64,000 nucleotides of DNA, from NCBI GenBank assembly GCA_045110315.1, contig JBGCFY010000046.1, positions 49,016 to 113,015 on the forward strand. Reading direction: 5' to 3'. The position numbers and the translations under genes were made by a program. Positions within the stretch are counted from its first letter, which is position 1. Each line of letters starts with the position of its first letter. Of this stretch, positions 18,292 to 27,458 are shown piece by piece. The notes below the pieces were generated by a model. The model had not been told where the DNA came from and made no database searches. It worked only from the letters and a program-made list of their open reading frames with translations. This DNA comes from Saprospiraceae bacterium (GTDB lineage: Bacteria > Bacteroidota > Bacteroidia > Chitinophagales > Saprospiraceae).

Positions 18292-19389
18292 TTAAGTAAA
18301 AACCCAGTCGCCATCGCCATCTTGTATTACGGGAGTCTCTACCAAATACTTTTCTAGGCTTTCCGCAATACCGAAGGTTTTTTCTATTTCTTTTTGGTAA
18401 TAAAAAAGCGTTTTCATCTTAGTCATGCATTCACAAATTTCTTTTTGAAAACAAACAAAACTTTCTGCTTGCTGTTCAATCAAGATTTCAAGAATACTAT
18501 CAACGACTAGAGGCAACACTTCCTTTTCAAAGTAAACGTAAGGTAACTTCAACTGATGATCCCGATTCGTAAAGAATAATACGGCAACCAATTTTTCTCC
18601 TTTCCAAAGCTTGTAGACTAAATTTTTAAAAACAGTAGCCACACTAGAAAAGTAATAGCGAGCGGCTATCTCTTTGTCCTTGGGCTGCGTGGACAACCAC
18701 GGATATGCTAAAATCCAATTGAGTGTTGCGCGATTACGACCGATTAATTCCTGAGTAGCGTGCGCAGTAATCCAGCTGCCCGTTGGTTCGTCAATTTTAG
18801 TGACGCTTTCTATACGAAGAGACTCTTGCTTGCGAGAGCGACGCCACCAAGTTTTTTTTGCGCGGTACCAACTCGCATTGAGGAGAAAATCTACCCCGCG
18901 CAAAAGTCCCGTAAAGGGTACAAGGCTCGCTTTTTTCTGAGGTAATATTTTGTGGAATTTGAAAGCTAGGAAACAACGTAAACCTACTATTTTGCGAAAG
19001 CTAAAACCACCCATTTTTTCAAGGATCGTTGTGGAATGCGCTGGTAAATCATCAAATAGCATTCGGCCTTCCCACAGTTGTATCGCTCGTAGCAAAAGCG
19101 GTAATGCGATTCGTTTACCTTTTTCAGGATGTCGCCACCAACAACTATTCCAAGCAACGGGTATTGATTGATCTTGTGCTAAGTGATCTGGCAAACAGCC
19201 AACGTAGCTGATCACGTCCCCCGTTTTATCCGTCGCTACTAGTAAAACGATAGCTTCCGGTTTTGCCCGGGGATTGTGGTACTGAGATAAGGCACGCAAT
19301 GGCGTAATGGGAAACGAATGGGTTTGCTGGAAAGCAGCGCTGGTCAACAGCCCTTTCAACTCCTTAAGCTTAAATTCGTGGATTTGCAT
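18292..19389 (-). CDS. hypothetical protein, possibly GNAT-fold; last gene of the carrier-protein operon
   Basis: 365 aa with an ATG start, 36 nt downstream of the carrier-protein gene. The N-terminal third resembles a GNAT core (VLLVATDKTGDVISYVGCLPD...GKRIALPLLLRAIQLWEGRMLFDDL...ILEKMGGFSF). I recognise no confident family. Confidence 0.5.
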   Translation of the reverse strand: MQIHEFKLKELKGLLTSAAFQQTHSFPITPLRALSQYHNPRAKPEAIVLLVATDKTGDVISYVGCLPDHLAQDQSIPVAWNSCWWRHPEKGKRIALPLLLRAIQLWEGRMLFDDLPAHSTTILEKMGGFSFRKIVGLRCFLAFKFHKILPQKKASLVPFTGLLRGVDFLLNASWYRAKKTWWRRSRKQESLRIESVTKIDEPTGSWITAHATQELIGRNRATLNWILAYPWLSTQPKDKEIAARYYFSSVATVFKNLVYKLWKGEKLVAVLFFTNRDHQLKLPYVYFEKEVLPLVVDSILEILIEQQAESFVCFQKEICECMTKMKTLFYYQKEIEKTFGIAESLEKYLVETPVIQDGDGDWVFT

Positions 19390-19425
19390 GAATTGAGGTA
19401 TTCCTGAAAGGTAGACTTACAACGT

Positions 19426-19665
19426 TTAGGACAATTGACTTTGGATCCCTTTACAAATATCGCCTACCGTTTCAAAACCAATCATTTCCATTAAATTGAA
19501 TTTGATTTCAAAATGACTTTCGATAGCATTAATAAGTATTGCGTGCCGCAACGAATCCCATGCTTCAATATCATCTGGGCGAGTCGTTTCTTCGATCGTC
19601 ATTTTCTCGTTCGCAAAGACTTGTCGAAAGATGGTTTGTACGCTTACAAATATTTCTGTTGCCAT
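19426..19665 (-). CDS. acyl/peptidyl carrier protein
   Basis: 79 aa. Phosphopantetheine-attachment context is DIEAWDSLRHAILINAIESHF (the DSL Ser). The size and four-helix pattern fit a carrier protein. Confidence 0.8.
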   Translation of the reverse strand: MATEIFVSVQTIFRQVFANEKMTIEETTRPDDIEAWDSLRHAILINAIESHFEIKFNLMEMIGFETVGDICKGIQSQLS

Positions 19666-19671
19666 AAGTTT

Positions 19672-20424
19672 TTATTGATATCCGAGTAGCCAATATACAT
19701 CAAAGTTTCCGTATATTTTGAATCCGAGTTTTCGGTAAACACCTTCTCCCATTTTCGTAGCCTGTAAAGTTGCCAAATCGCAATCTTCATTTTTGGCGGC
19801 CGTTAAGGCGTAATGTGTCAAGGCAGAAGAAATACCCCGATTGCGAAAAGTTTCTAACGTAGAAACGGCATAAATTCCTACTGTATTATCTTTCACGAAG
19901 CTCAATAAGATAGACGCCGCTTGGTCAGCAACTTTAGCTAAGTAAAAACGCGTGGCTTTTGAATGCTGATAAACAGTCTGAAACATATTTTCTTCGATGG
20001 GTCTACTTTTGAAGAGCGTTTCATTGGCGAGCGCCACCCAACGCTTTAAATCATCGCGTGTAGTTACTTCTTCGAGTGTCGCCGTACTCTTTGGTGCAGT
20101 AGATGCTAAATCTGCTAAGCGCAAACACATACCTCGCCATTCCGCCAATTGCCTAAATCCATAATTCCCGAAGTGTTGATTAACCGCTAACAAATCGTTT
20201 TGTCGCAAACGAATCCAAAATGCGGGAATGATGCTTTGTCTAATCCCTTCGACGATGGTTGGGAAGTCCGCGCTGAGCACATCCGAAGCAAAGATCATCG
20301 TTGGCCAAGAGGAAGGTCGGCAATCCACCCAATTGAAGTTTGGGCTCATTTGTAAAGTACAATTTCCGACGGTAGCAAGTTCTTGGTAGAGCTGTGTCAG
20401 ATTTTTTTCATTTCTATCAATCAA
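19672..20424 (-). CDS. GNAT-family acyltransferase
   Basis: C-terminal GNAT core IYAVSTLETFRNRGISSALTHYALTAAK...LQATKMGEGVYRKLGF. The TTG start at 20424 overlaps the upstream stop by 8 nt; the alternative ATG is at 20349. Confidence 0.7.
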   Translation of the reverse strand: MIDRNEKNLTQLYQELATVGNCTLQMSPNFNWVDCRPSSWPTMIFASDVLSADFPTIVEGIRQSIIPAFWIRLRQNDLLAVNQHFGNYGFRQLAEWRGMCLRLADLASTAPKSTATLEEVTTRDDLKRWVALANETLFKSRPIEENMFQTVYQHSKATRFYLAKVADQAASILLSFVKDNTVGIYAVSTLETFRNRGISSALTHYALTAAKNEDCDLATLQATKMGEGVYRKLGFKIYGNFDVYWLLGYQ

Positions 20425-21931
20425 TTCCTTTTTTACGTGTAGTTTCTCTGAGAACGATTTTTCTCAAGGCTTGTCGATCAACTTTCCCGCTGATATTTTG
20501 GGGCAACGTCGCTAACTTTGTAATACTTGTAGGTAATAAATACGGTGGTAGCTTTTCTTTCAGATATGCTAAGATCACCTCACTCGTATAACTTGTTTGT
20601 GCGCTGACCAAATGAATTTCAAAAATATCATTTTCGTTTTTTAGAACGATGGCAACAACTTGATCTGTGTTTGTAAATTTTCTAGTTAGTGTTTCAAGTT
20701 CTCCTAATTCTACTTTATATCCTTGTATTTTATATTGATAATCTTTACGACCACAACTATAATAAATTCCATGTTCATCTTGAAAAGCTAAATCGCCACT
20801 GCGATAAAACCTTTTTATAGTACCTTGTATTTCTCTTTCAAAAAATACACTTGCGTTCTTCTCTGGCAATTTCCAATATCCATTCATCACATGATCTCCC
20901 GAAAAACACAATTCTCCAATTCCCCCTTGTTCCACTACCTGACGATTTTCATCAACCAAAATTGTTTGTGTATTTTTCCACGGGCGACCAAAAGCTAAGA
21001 TTCCTTGATAAGATTTATATTGCCCCGCATTTTTTTCCAATTCATAAGATACACAAGCCATCGTAGTTTCGCAAGGTCCTGATATATTAACAATTCGTGC
21101 GTTAGGAATACAAGCGGCCCACGCCGTAGCCAAAGTTACATAAAAAGCTTCTCCACCCAAAATGGAATACCTCAATTTTGGAAGATTTATTTGACTAAAA
21201 TAGGGTTTTAAGAGATTTAAGGTGGAAGGTACCATCGCTGCGAAACTAACCTTATGCTCTTGCATCACCTTGACCGCCGAAAGGTATTTAATTTTTGTTT
21301 CCGGAACCGTACAAACCGCTGCGCCAATACACCAAGCAGGCAAATAAGAAAGCAAAGACATATCAAAAGTCAAATCAAACATTTGCAAAAAGCGATCTTC
21401 TTCGGTGATTTCGTAACCCAAAGCAAAAAAAGCATCTAAACTACAATTGAGATTGCGCAATGTATAAGGAACGCCCTTAGGCGTTCCAGTACTTCCCGAA
21501 GTGAAGAGCATACAGATAATTTGTTCGGGAGTCGGTGATTCAAAATCTAAGGACAATGCTGTTGCTGGCAAGTTTGAGCTATCCAAAATCTTCCAAGCGG
21601 CAGCACATTCCCTTGGTTTTATCTCACTTGCCAAAACAAAAACACTATCTACCTGCTGCATTACCGTAATGTTTCGATCCAAAGGACTTTTAGTGCTCAA
21701 GGGCACAAACGCATAGCCTTCCATCCAAACGGCGATAATACTTGCGTAAGTTTGTAGATCATCTTGGGCTAAAATGCCAATAAATTGAGTGTCGGGGCGT
21801 TCCTTTTGGAGCAAGACGCGTACTTTGGAGACTTCTTCTCCTAACGAAGCGTAAGTATAAGCTTCATTTTTAAGATAGAATGCTATTTTTGTAGCACGTT
21901 GAAGAATGGACGTTTTTATTTTAGCGAGCAT
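20417..21931 (-). CDS. stand-alone adenylation enzyme (NRPS A-domain / DltA-like, AMP-dependent ligase superfamily)
   Basis: Core motifs are YTYASLGEEV (A1), GYAFVPLSTKSP (A2), LFTSGSTGTPKGV (A3), FDMS (A4), YRSGDLA (A7), GRKDYQYKIQGYKVELGELE (A8) and PQNISGKVDR (A10). The ORF track extends to 22054 from a TTG. ATG 21929-21931 (MLAKIK...) removes an implausible hydrophobic leader and the overlap with the divergent gene. Confidence 0.85.
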   Translation of the reverse strand: MLAKIKTSILQRATKIAFYLKNEAYTYASLGEEVSKVRVLLQKERPDTQFIGILAQDDLQTYASIIAVWMEGYAFVPLSTKSPLDRNITVMQQVDSVFVLASEIKPRECAAAWKILDSSNLPATALSLDFESPTPEQIICMLFTSGSTGTPKGVPYTLRNLNCSLDAFFALGYEITEEDRFLQMFDLTFDMSLLSYLPAWCIGAAVCTVPETKIKYLSAVKVMQEHKVSFAAMVPSTLNLLKPYFSQINLPKLRYSILGGEAFYVTLATAWAACIPNARIVNISGPCETTMACVSYELEKNAGQYKSYQGILAFGRPWKNTQTILVDENRQVVEQGGIGELCFSGDHVMNGYWKLPEKNASVFFEREIQGTIKRFYRSGDLAFQDEHGIYYSCGRKDYQYKIQGYKVELGELETLTRKFTNTDQVVAIVLKNENDIFEIHLVSAQTSYTSEVILAYLKEKLPPYLLPTSITKLATLPQNISGKVDRQALRKIVLRETTRKKGID

Positions 21932-22018
21932 GAAATTGCCAGTTGAAAAAATTATAATACTCAAAAGCACAATCGCTTCAAGACAAAGATACGATAAGCA
22001 AAACAAAGGAACTATATT

Positions 22019-22978
22019 TTGACCCATAAGGAAGCCTATATTACATTTTGTCAATCACAGCCCGAGTTGCCTATTTTTTCGCAACCCTGGTATTTGGACG
22101 CCGTTTGCGGAGCAGATAACTGGGAGGTCATTTTAGTCCGACGCGGAAGTCAAATTATAGCGAGTTGGCCTTATTATGTCAAACAAAAAGCTATTTTCAC
22201 CTATATTACGTTGCCTTATCTGACAAAAACGATGGGCCCTTACCTGATTCCCGCTTTCCGACACCTCAAACAGGAACATAAAGTCTTCGCAGAATTAATC
22301 ACACAGTTACCGAAAGTTGATTTTTTTAATCAAGACTTCCATGCAAGCATTACCAATTGGTTGCCTTTCAAATGGGCTGGCTTTCAGCAAACGACCAACT
22401 ACAGTTACGTCATTGATCAACTCCAAGACTTAGATCAAGTTTTTGCGGGATTTTCTACCGACTACCGAAATAATAAAATTAAGAAAGCACAGCAGCAAGT
22501 TAAAATAGTAACGGATAGAAGTTTACAAGAACTGTACGACGTCAGCAAGATGAGCTTTGATCGACAGGATTTGACCTATTTGCTTTCTTTTGATTTTTTA
22601 CAACAATTAGACGAGGCACTAGTAAAGCACCAAGCAAGAAAAATGTTTTTTGCGGTAGACGCAGCCGGTCGCATTCACGCAGTTTTGTACTTGATTTGGG
22701 ATCAACATACAAGTTACTATTTGATTGCGGGAGATGATCCTGCTCTCCGACATAGTGGCGCCAGCATCTTATTGGTTTGGGAGGCGATTCAATTTAGCAG
22801 TCGTACCTTAGGCTTAGCGAATTTTGATTTTGTGGGAAGTATGATTCCTGCGATTGAGCGAGTGCGGCGACAATTTGGTGCGCAGCAAAAAGCATTTTTT
22901 AATTTGCAAAAATACTACTCGCCTAGCTTCAAATTCTTAGAAAGTCTAAAAGCTTTTTTTAGCAAAAGTTATTATTGA
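22019..22978 (+). CDS. FemAB-related / BioF2-like GNAT-fold acyltransferase
   Basis: 319 aa with a TTG start. FSQPWYLDAV... and MFFAVDAAGRIHAVLYLIWDQHTSYYLIAGDDPALRHSGASILLVWEAIQFSSRTLGLANFDFVGS resemble the C-terminal lobe of FemAB-family / PEP-CTERM-associated FemAB-related proteins. Confidence 0.65.
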   Translation: MTHKEAYITFCQSQPELPIFSQPWYLDAVCGADNWEVILVRRGSQIIASWPYYVKQKAIFTYITLPYLTKTMGPYLIPAFRHLKQEHKVFAELITQLPKVDFFNQDFHASITNWLPFKWAGFQQTTNYSYVIDQLQDLDQVFAGFSTDYRNNKIKKAQQQVKIVTDRSLQELYDVSKMSFDRQDLTYLLSFDFLQQLDEALVKHQARKMFFAVDAAGRIHAVLYLIWDQHTSYYLIAGDDPALRHSGASILLVWEAIQFSSRTLGLANFDFVGSMIPAIERVRRQFGAQQKAFFNLQKYYSPSFKFLESLKAFFSKSYY

Positions 22979-22985
22979 AGTTGTT

Positions 22986-24821
22986 TTAAAAAAGACTGAC
23001 GTAACCAAAGTGAATCTTTGCCGCTCGAAAATCAAAAGGATTGCCTTGCTGCTTGCCAAGCGCATAACTCAGTCCAAAAACACCAACTTTTGTTTCGAAA
23101 GTAATACCGACTCCGAGTCCTAAAGGTTGATCGAAATTGCGCCGATCCGGTGTGATATTTTCTAAATAAGCATAATCACCAAAAAGATAAAAGTAAGAAT
23201 TTTGACCAATGATAAAGCGGTACTCCAGGGTACTCACGACATAATTGGTACTAAAAATAGATTCTTCGTCAAAACCGCGCAACAAGCGATTCCCACCCAA
23301 CCGAAATTGTTCGTTTTGATAAATAGGATTTTCTGAAATAATAAAACCTGCCCGCAACGATGTCTTCACGACGCCACGCCGTCCTACCGGAAAATAATGT
23401 GCAACTTCTCCCATTAGTTTATACTGAAAGGTACGCAATTCGAGGCTATCGTAGAGACTTTCGTTGATTTCAACGATGGTCGCATTCTTCTTAATATTTT
23501 TAATACCTGCTGCACCGCGGAGAAAAAGATGCCAACCTTTTCTTGGATTAAACCGATAATCTAATTTCTGTAAATTATATTCCAAGCCAAAAGAAGAATT
23601 CCGCACATCTAAGGTTCTTGGTAAAAATCCTGCTCGAATCCGCGTCTCCTCTATTTGTAAAAGCGAAGAGGAAGTATTATTCCAAAATGCTTTAACGTAA
23701 TTTCCCCCTTCAAAAATGTATTGAAAACCCAAATCCGTTTCAACATCCAAAAAAGTAGAATCTCTTTTGTACAAACTAAATTTTAAATCTAGTCCGAAAG
23801 GAAGATCCAAGACGTAAGGATACAATACTTGCAAATCCAATTCCTGCGTCCCCGGACTAAGCTGTTGAAACTCCGCAAACAACCGTTCGCCCAAGCCAAA
23901 TTGATTATACAAATCCGCGTTAAACGTTCCCGTAATCAGCAACCGACGTTGTAAAGCAGGATTCGTCGGATCACTATTTGTATTCGGCAGCACGCCCAAT
24001 AGAAAGTCAAATCGACTGGATTTTTTTCTTGTCAGGAATAAGTTGATGGTTGCTTTATCTCCTTTAAATGTAACCGTAGCATCTTTCTTTTCCTGTAAAA
24101 AAGCCAGCTCGCGAATCCGCGTCCGAATCTTCTTGATTTTGGCTTTGCTGTAAAGTGTACCTTGCTTTAAGCCCAAGTAATTTTCCAAGTATTGATCTGA
24201 GATTTTCACATCTCCAATTAAGTTAATTCCATCGATGACAATCAGGCGATTTTTCTCCATCTTGAGCGATGCCTTAATTTCGTCTTCTCCAATCTCGATA
24301 TCTTCCAAATACACAGAAGCAAAAGGATAGCCATTATTCTCTGCGTAAACCAACAAAGCTTCTTGGATTTTCCGCAATTCTAGATAATGAAAAGGCTTTT
24401 GTTCAAACAAACGTTCTTTGAAACCAACCCGATCCAGAAAAGCTTCTTCCACCGCAGTACTTTTTAGCTTTGCCCATTTATAAGCTGCGCCAACGTGTAA
24501 GCGTGCCTCAAATAACTTTCCATTACGCGTCAAGCGATCAACGGATGCTGCCAAATATGATTGCGCTTGAAGTTGTTGTAAAAGTTCATTTAAGTTTTTT
24601 TTCAAACTTAAACTATCCGTGAAAGTAGTTTTGAATTCGAACTCATTATCTTGAAGAAAAGTAGCTGCTTGGTCGAGGACTTCGATTTTCAATTCAAAAT
24701 CCGTTGGTGCGGTCTGCGCGTTAGTTTTTACGCAAAGCACAAACAAGAGGAAAAATAATTTCCAAATGGAAAGCTTCCAAAAAGCCGCAACCCTCACCTG
24801 TTTTTGGCAATTCAAAGCCAT
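22986..24821 (-). CDS. Omp85-family outer-membrane protein (BamA/TamA-like, surface antigen D15)
   Basis: 611 aa. Has a signal sequence, a POTRA-like N-terminal third, and a beta-barrel ending ...KIHFGYVSLF. Confidence 0.7.
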   Translation of the reverse strand: MALNCQKQVRVAAFWKLSIWKLFFLLFVLCVKTNAQTAPTDFELKIEVLDQAATFLQDNEFEFKTTFTDSLSLKKNLNELLQQLQAQSYLAASVDRLTRNGKLFEARLHVGAAYKWAKLKSTAVEEAFLDRVGFKERLFEQKPFHYLELRKIQEALLVYAENNGYPFASVYLEDIEIGEDEIKASLKMEKNRLIVIDGINLIGDVKISDQYLENYLGLKQGTLYSKAKIKKIRTRIRELAFLQEKKDATVTFKGDKATINLFLTRKKSSRFDFLLGVLPNTNSDPTNPALQRRLLITGTFNADLYNQFGLGERLFAEFQQLSPGTQELDLQVLYPYVLDLPFGLDLKFSLYKRDSTFLDVETDLGFQYIFEGGNYVKAFWNNTSSSLLQIEETRIRAGFLPRTLDVRNSSFGLEYNLQKLDYRFNPRKGWHLFLRGAAGIKNIKKNATIVEINESLYDSLELRTFQYKLMGEVAHYFPVGRRGVVKTSLRAGFIISENPIYQNEQFRLGGNRLLRGFDEESIFSTNYVVSTLEYRFIIGQNSYFYLFGDYAYLENITPDRRNFDQPLGLGVGITFETKVGVFGLSYALGKQQGNPFDFRAAKIHFGYVSLF

Positions 24822-24918
24822 ATTATTTATTTATCTTTGACCGCTGTATGGGTAAAAAACGTAAAGATCAAAAAAATATTTAATTTCAAGAAAAATAATT
24901 CTCTTAAGCAATCGTAAC

Positions 24919-26055
24919 ATGTCAGGCATTTATATTCACATTCCATTCTGTAAACAAGCTTGCCACTATTGCAATTTCCACTTTTCTACTTCCTTAAAAT
25001 ATCGTGCGGACGTCGTTACGGCGATTGTGCAAGAAATAGCCCAGCGACACGATTACCTCGAAGATAAACAGATCAGTTCGGTTTATTTTGGTGGTGGCAC
25101 GCCGTCTTTACTAACGACCGATGAGCTACAAAGTATTTTCACGCAACTCCATCATTATTTTCAAATTGCGCCCAACGCAGAAATTACACTCGAAGCAAAT
25201 CCTGATGACTTAAATCTTGCCAGTTTAACCGCCTTAAAGGCAACGCCCATCAATCGGTTGAGTATCGGTATTCAATCCTTTACGGAAGAAGATTTGCAGT
25301 TTATGAATCGGGCACATTCGGCACAGGAAGCAGAAGTTTGCATTGAATTAGCACGACAAGCAGGATTTGATAAGCTGAGCATTGACCTAATTTATGGTAC
25401 CCCAACGTTGACCGATGCACAGTGGGAAAGCAATTTAGCTCGGGTCTTTGCACAGCGAGTCCCACACATTTCCTGTTATTGCTTGACGGTAGAACCCAAT
25501 ACTGCCTTGGATCATTTTGTAAAAACAGGGAAAGCAGCCCCCGTGGACGAAGAGAAATCAACTCGTCATTTTGAAATACTGCTACGAGCTATGGAAGCAC
25601 ATGGATACGTGCAGTACGAAATTTCCAATTTTGCCTTGCCCGATCATTATGCCCAGCACAATTCTAATTATTGGCTAAATGTACCTTATTTAGGCTTAGG
25701 ACCTTCCGCACATTCATTTGATGGCAATAGCCGACAATGGAACATTGCTAATAATGCAAAGTACCGGAAAGCTATCCAACATCCCGGAAAAAATCAACTC
25801 TTTGAACGAGAAGTTTTACAGGCTGCTGATCGCTATAATGAATATATTTTGACAAGCCTACGAACCATTTGGGGCTGTCGATTGGTGACGATCCAAAACA
25901 TTGATTTTAAGTTTGCGACTTATTTCCTTGAGAAAATAAAAAGCTATTTGGACCAAGCTCTCATTCTCGAAGAAGATGACACTTATCGCTTGAGTACATC
26001 TGGAAAATTACTAGCCGATCGAATTGCTATGGAATTATTCTGGGAAGAAGCCTAA
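24919..26055 (+). CDS. hemW: radical SAM heme chaperone HemW (HemN-like)
   Basis: GIYIHIPFCKQACHYCNF (CxxxCxxC), GGGTPS, and the HemN C-terminal domain pattern. 378 aa. Confidence 0.9.
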   Translation: MSGIYIHIPFCKQACHYCNFHFSTSLKYRADVVTAIVQEIAQRHDYLEDKQISSVYFGGGTPSLLTTDELQSIFTQLHHYFQIAPNAEITLEANPDDLNLASLTALKATPINRLSIGIQSFTEEDLQFMNRAHSAQEAEVCIELARQAGFDKLSIDLIYGTPTLTDAQWESNLARVFAQRVPHISCYCLTVEPNTALDHFVKTGKAAPVDEEKSTRHFEILLRAMEAHGYVQYEISNFALPDHYAQHNSNYWLNVPYLGLGPSAHSFDGNSRQWNIANNAKYRKAIQHPGKNQLFEREVLQAADRYNEYILTSLRTIWGCRLVTIQNIDFKFATYFLEKIKSYLDQALILEEDDTYRLSTSGKLLADRIAMELFWEEA

Positions 26056-26353
26056 GTTAATTTAAGGTCTTTTTGTAAATATTACTTATAGAAACTGTTC
26101 AAAAAGTCTTCTTCCGCACTCCTTACCTTGTTACTAGTGCTTTCTTATATGTGTGTCGACTACAATAAATGTAATCAAAATAATTACATTTTATAAATTA
26201 TTCCGTCTCCCTTCCTTTGATAGAAGTCAATAAACACGTGACTAAAATTTCAATCATTCGGGCCTAAATCATTTTCGCAGCTCAAAATAAAACAATTTTT
26301 AAGCCTATAAATCAATTAATTACGCTTAAAACAAACAATTTGTTGATCAAAAC

Positions 26354-26384
26354 TTGACACGTAAACACTTTTTGTTTATATTTG
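26354..26384 (+). promoter_or_regulatory. candidate Bacteroidota sigma-A promoter
   Basis: TTG at 26354-26356, then a 20-nt spacer, then TATATTTG (26377-26384). It lies 10 nt upstream of ATG 26395, which implies a very short leader. Confidence 0.4.
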
Positions 26385-26394
26385 TATCAAATAA

Positions 26395-27207
26395 ATGACA
26401 CTTATCATGGATCTTCAAATTTTAACAAGCGCAAAAGGAACAAAAGTAGTTACTGCTTCTAACCTTTATTTGGTTTTACAATTACCTCATGCTCAATATT
26501 TGAAAACTACCAAAAAATGGTTAAATGATGTTTATGAGTTTAAAGATGGTATTCGCAAGCCAGAGAAGCTAAAAGATTATGCTTTACGCAAACAAGATGT
26601 AAGTATTTTGCAAGACTTCTACTTATCTATTGAGTTGGCAAAAATGATTACACTTACTTCTCAGAGTAAACAAAAGCAGAAATACGCAAAATGGCTTTTG
26701 TCACTAGAAGACAAAGTCGAACACGCCGAGTTATTGACTAAGGATCAAATTCTAACTGTATTGGAATTGGCAAAAGTAATGGGTTCCATGTCTTGCCAAA
26801 ATACCGTTGAGCAACAGCATTATCAGAAGTATGAAACCACTAAAGGTAAAGTTTACGATTGGTGGAAATACCGTTCTACGCTAATCGGTTATACGACAGA
26901 AAAGTTGCGGAGCAAAATGGCACAACTAGGCAAGCATCATAAAGGAAAAAGCACCGATCAAATGTTGATGGTCTTGGACAAATATGAAATGATTAGAACG
27001 GCGGTGATTGATTTATTTATGTCAAGAGGCAAAAGTGAACGTTTTGCTAAAAATCTAGGAGATTTAGCCAAGGAATTTGCAAAAGAGTTGAAGGTGGAGG
27101 TTTGGGATGATCGAAAAGCGCAAAATGCTTTTACGGATACGCTCAATGGTGAGTTGGTAAATGAAATTAAATCCTTTAAAAAAGGCGCTTATCTCAGTCT
27201 GTGGTAA
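26395..27207 (+). CDS. hypothetical protein with phage antirepressor-like (AntA/Rha-like) N-terminal region
   Basis: GTKVVTASNLYLVLQLPHAQYLKTTKKWLNDVYEFKDG ... DFYLSIELAKMITLTSQSKQKQKYAKWLLSLE follows the pattern I associate with AntA-type antirepressor N-domains. The C-terminal half is unassigned. Confidence 0.45.
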   Translation: MTLIMDLQILTSAKGTKVVTASNLYLVLQLPHAQYLKTTKKWLNDVYEFKDGIRKPEKLKDYALRKQDVSILQDFYLSIELAKMITLTSQSKQKQKYAKWLLSLEDKVEHAELLTKDQILTVLELAKVMGSMSCQNTVEQQHYQKYETTKGKVYDWWKYRSTLIGYTTEKLRSKMAQLGKHHKGKSTDQMLMVLDKYEMIRTAVIDLFMSRGKSERFAKNLGDLAKEFAKELKVEVWDDRKAQNAFTDTLNGELVNEIKSFKKGAYLSLW

Positions 27208-27458
27208 GGTAGTTTTTCTTTGAGCAGTTTTCTAAAAATGAATCCGATTTGAGTGGAGTGTTTTAACTCTTAGTCACTAATCTATAAGACAATGGAATGC
27301 GTTAAATTAATATAATTATTCCGATGAGGCTTTCATCGCGTCATCGTACTACTTGCTATTATCAGTTGAAGTAGTTTCATTTCGTTTAAAACAGTTCGAC
27401 AAGTTGAGTATAAAAAATATTATAGTGTAGTTTTATATTTCCTCATAGTGTTAATGAT

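Noticed and set aside
21932-22054. N-terminal 41-codon extension of the adenylating-enzyme ORF (TTG at 22054)
   Set aside because: The extension is hydrophobic junk-like sequence and would overlap the divergent FemAB-like gene start at 22019. The canonical A1 motif follows soon after the internal ATG at 21931. The same reasoning was applied to the over-extended starts at 4285, 10179, 30208, 45600, 51128, 58463, 61900 and 63069.
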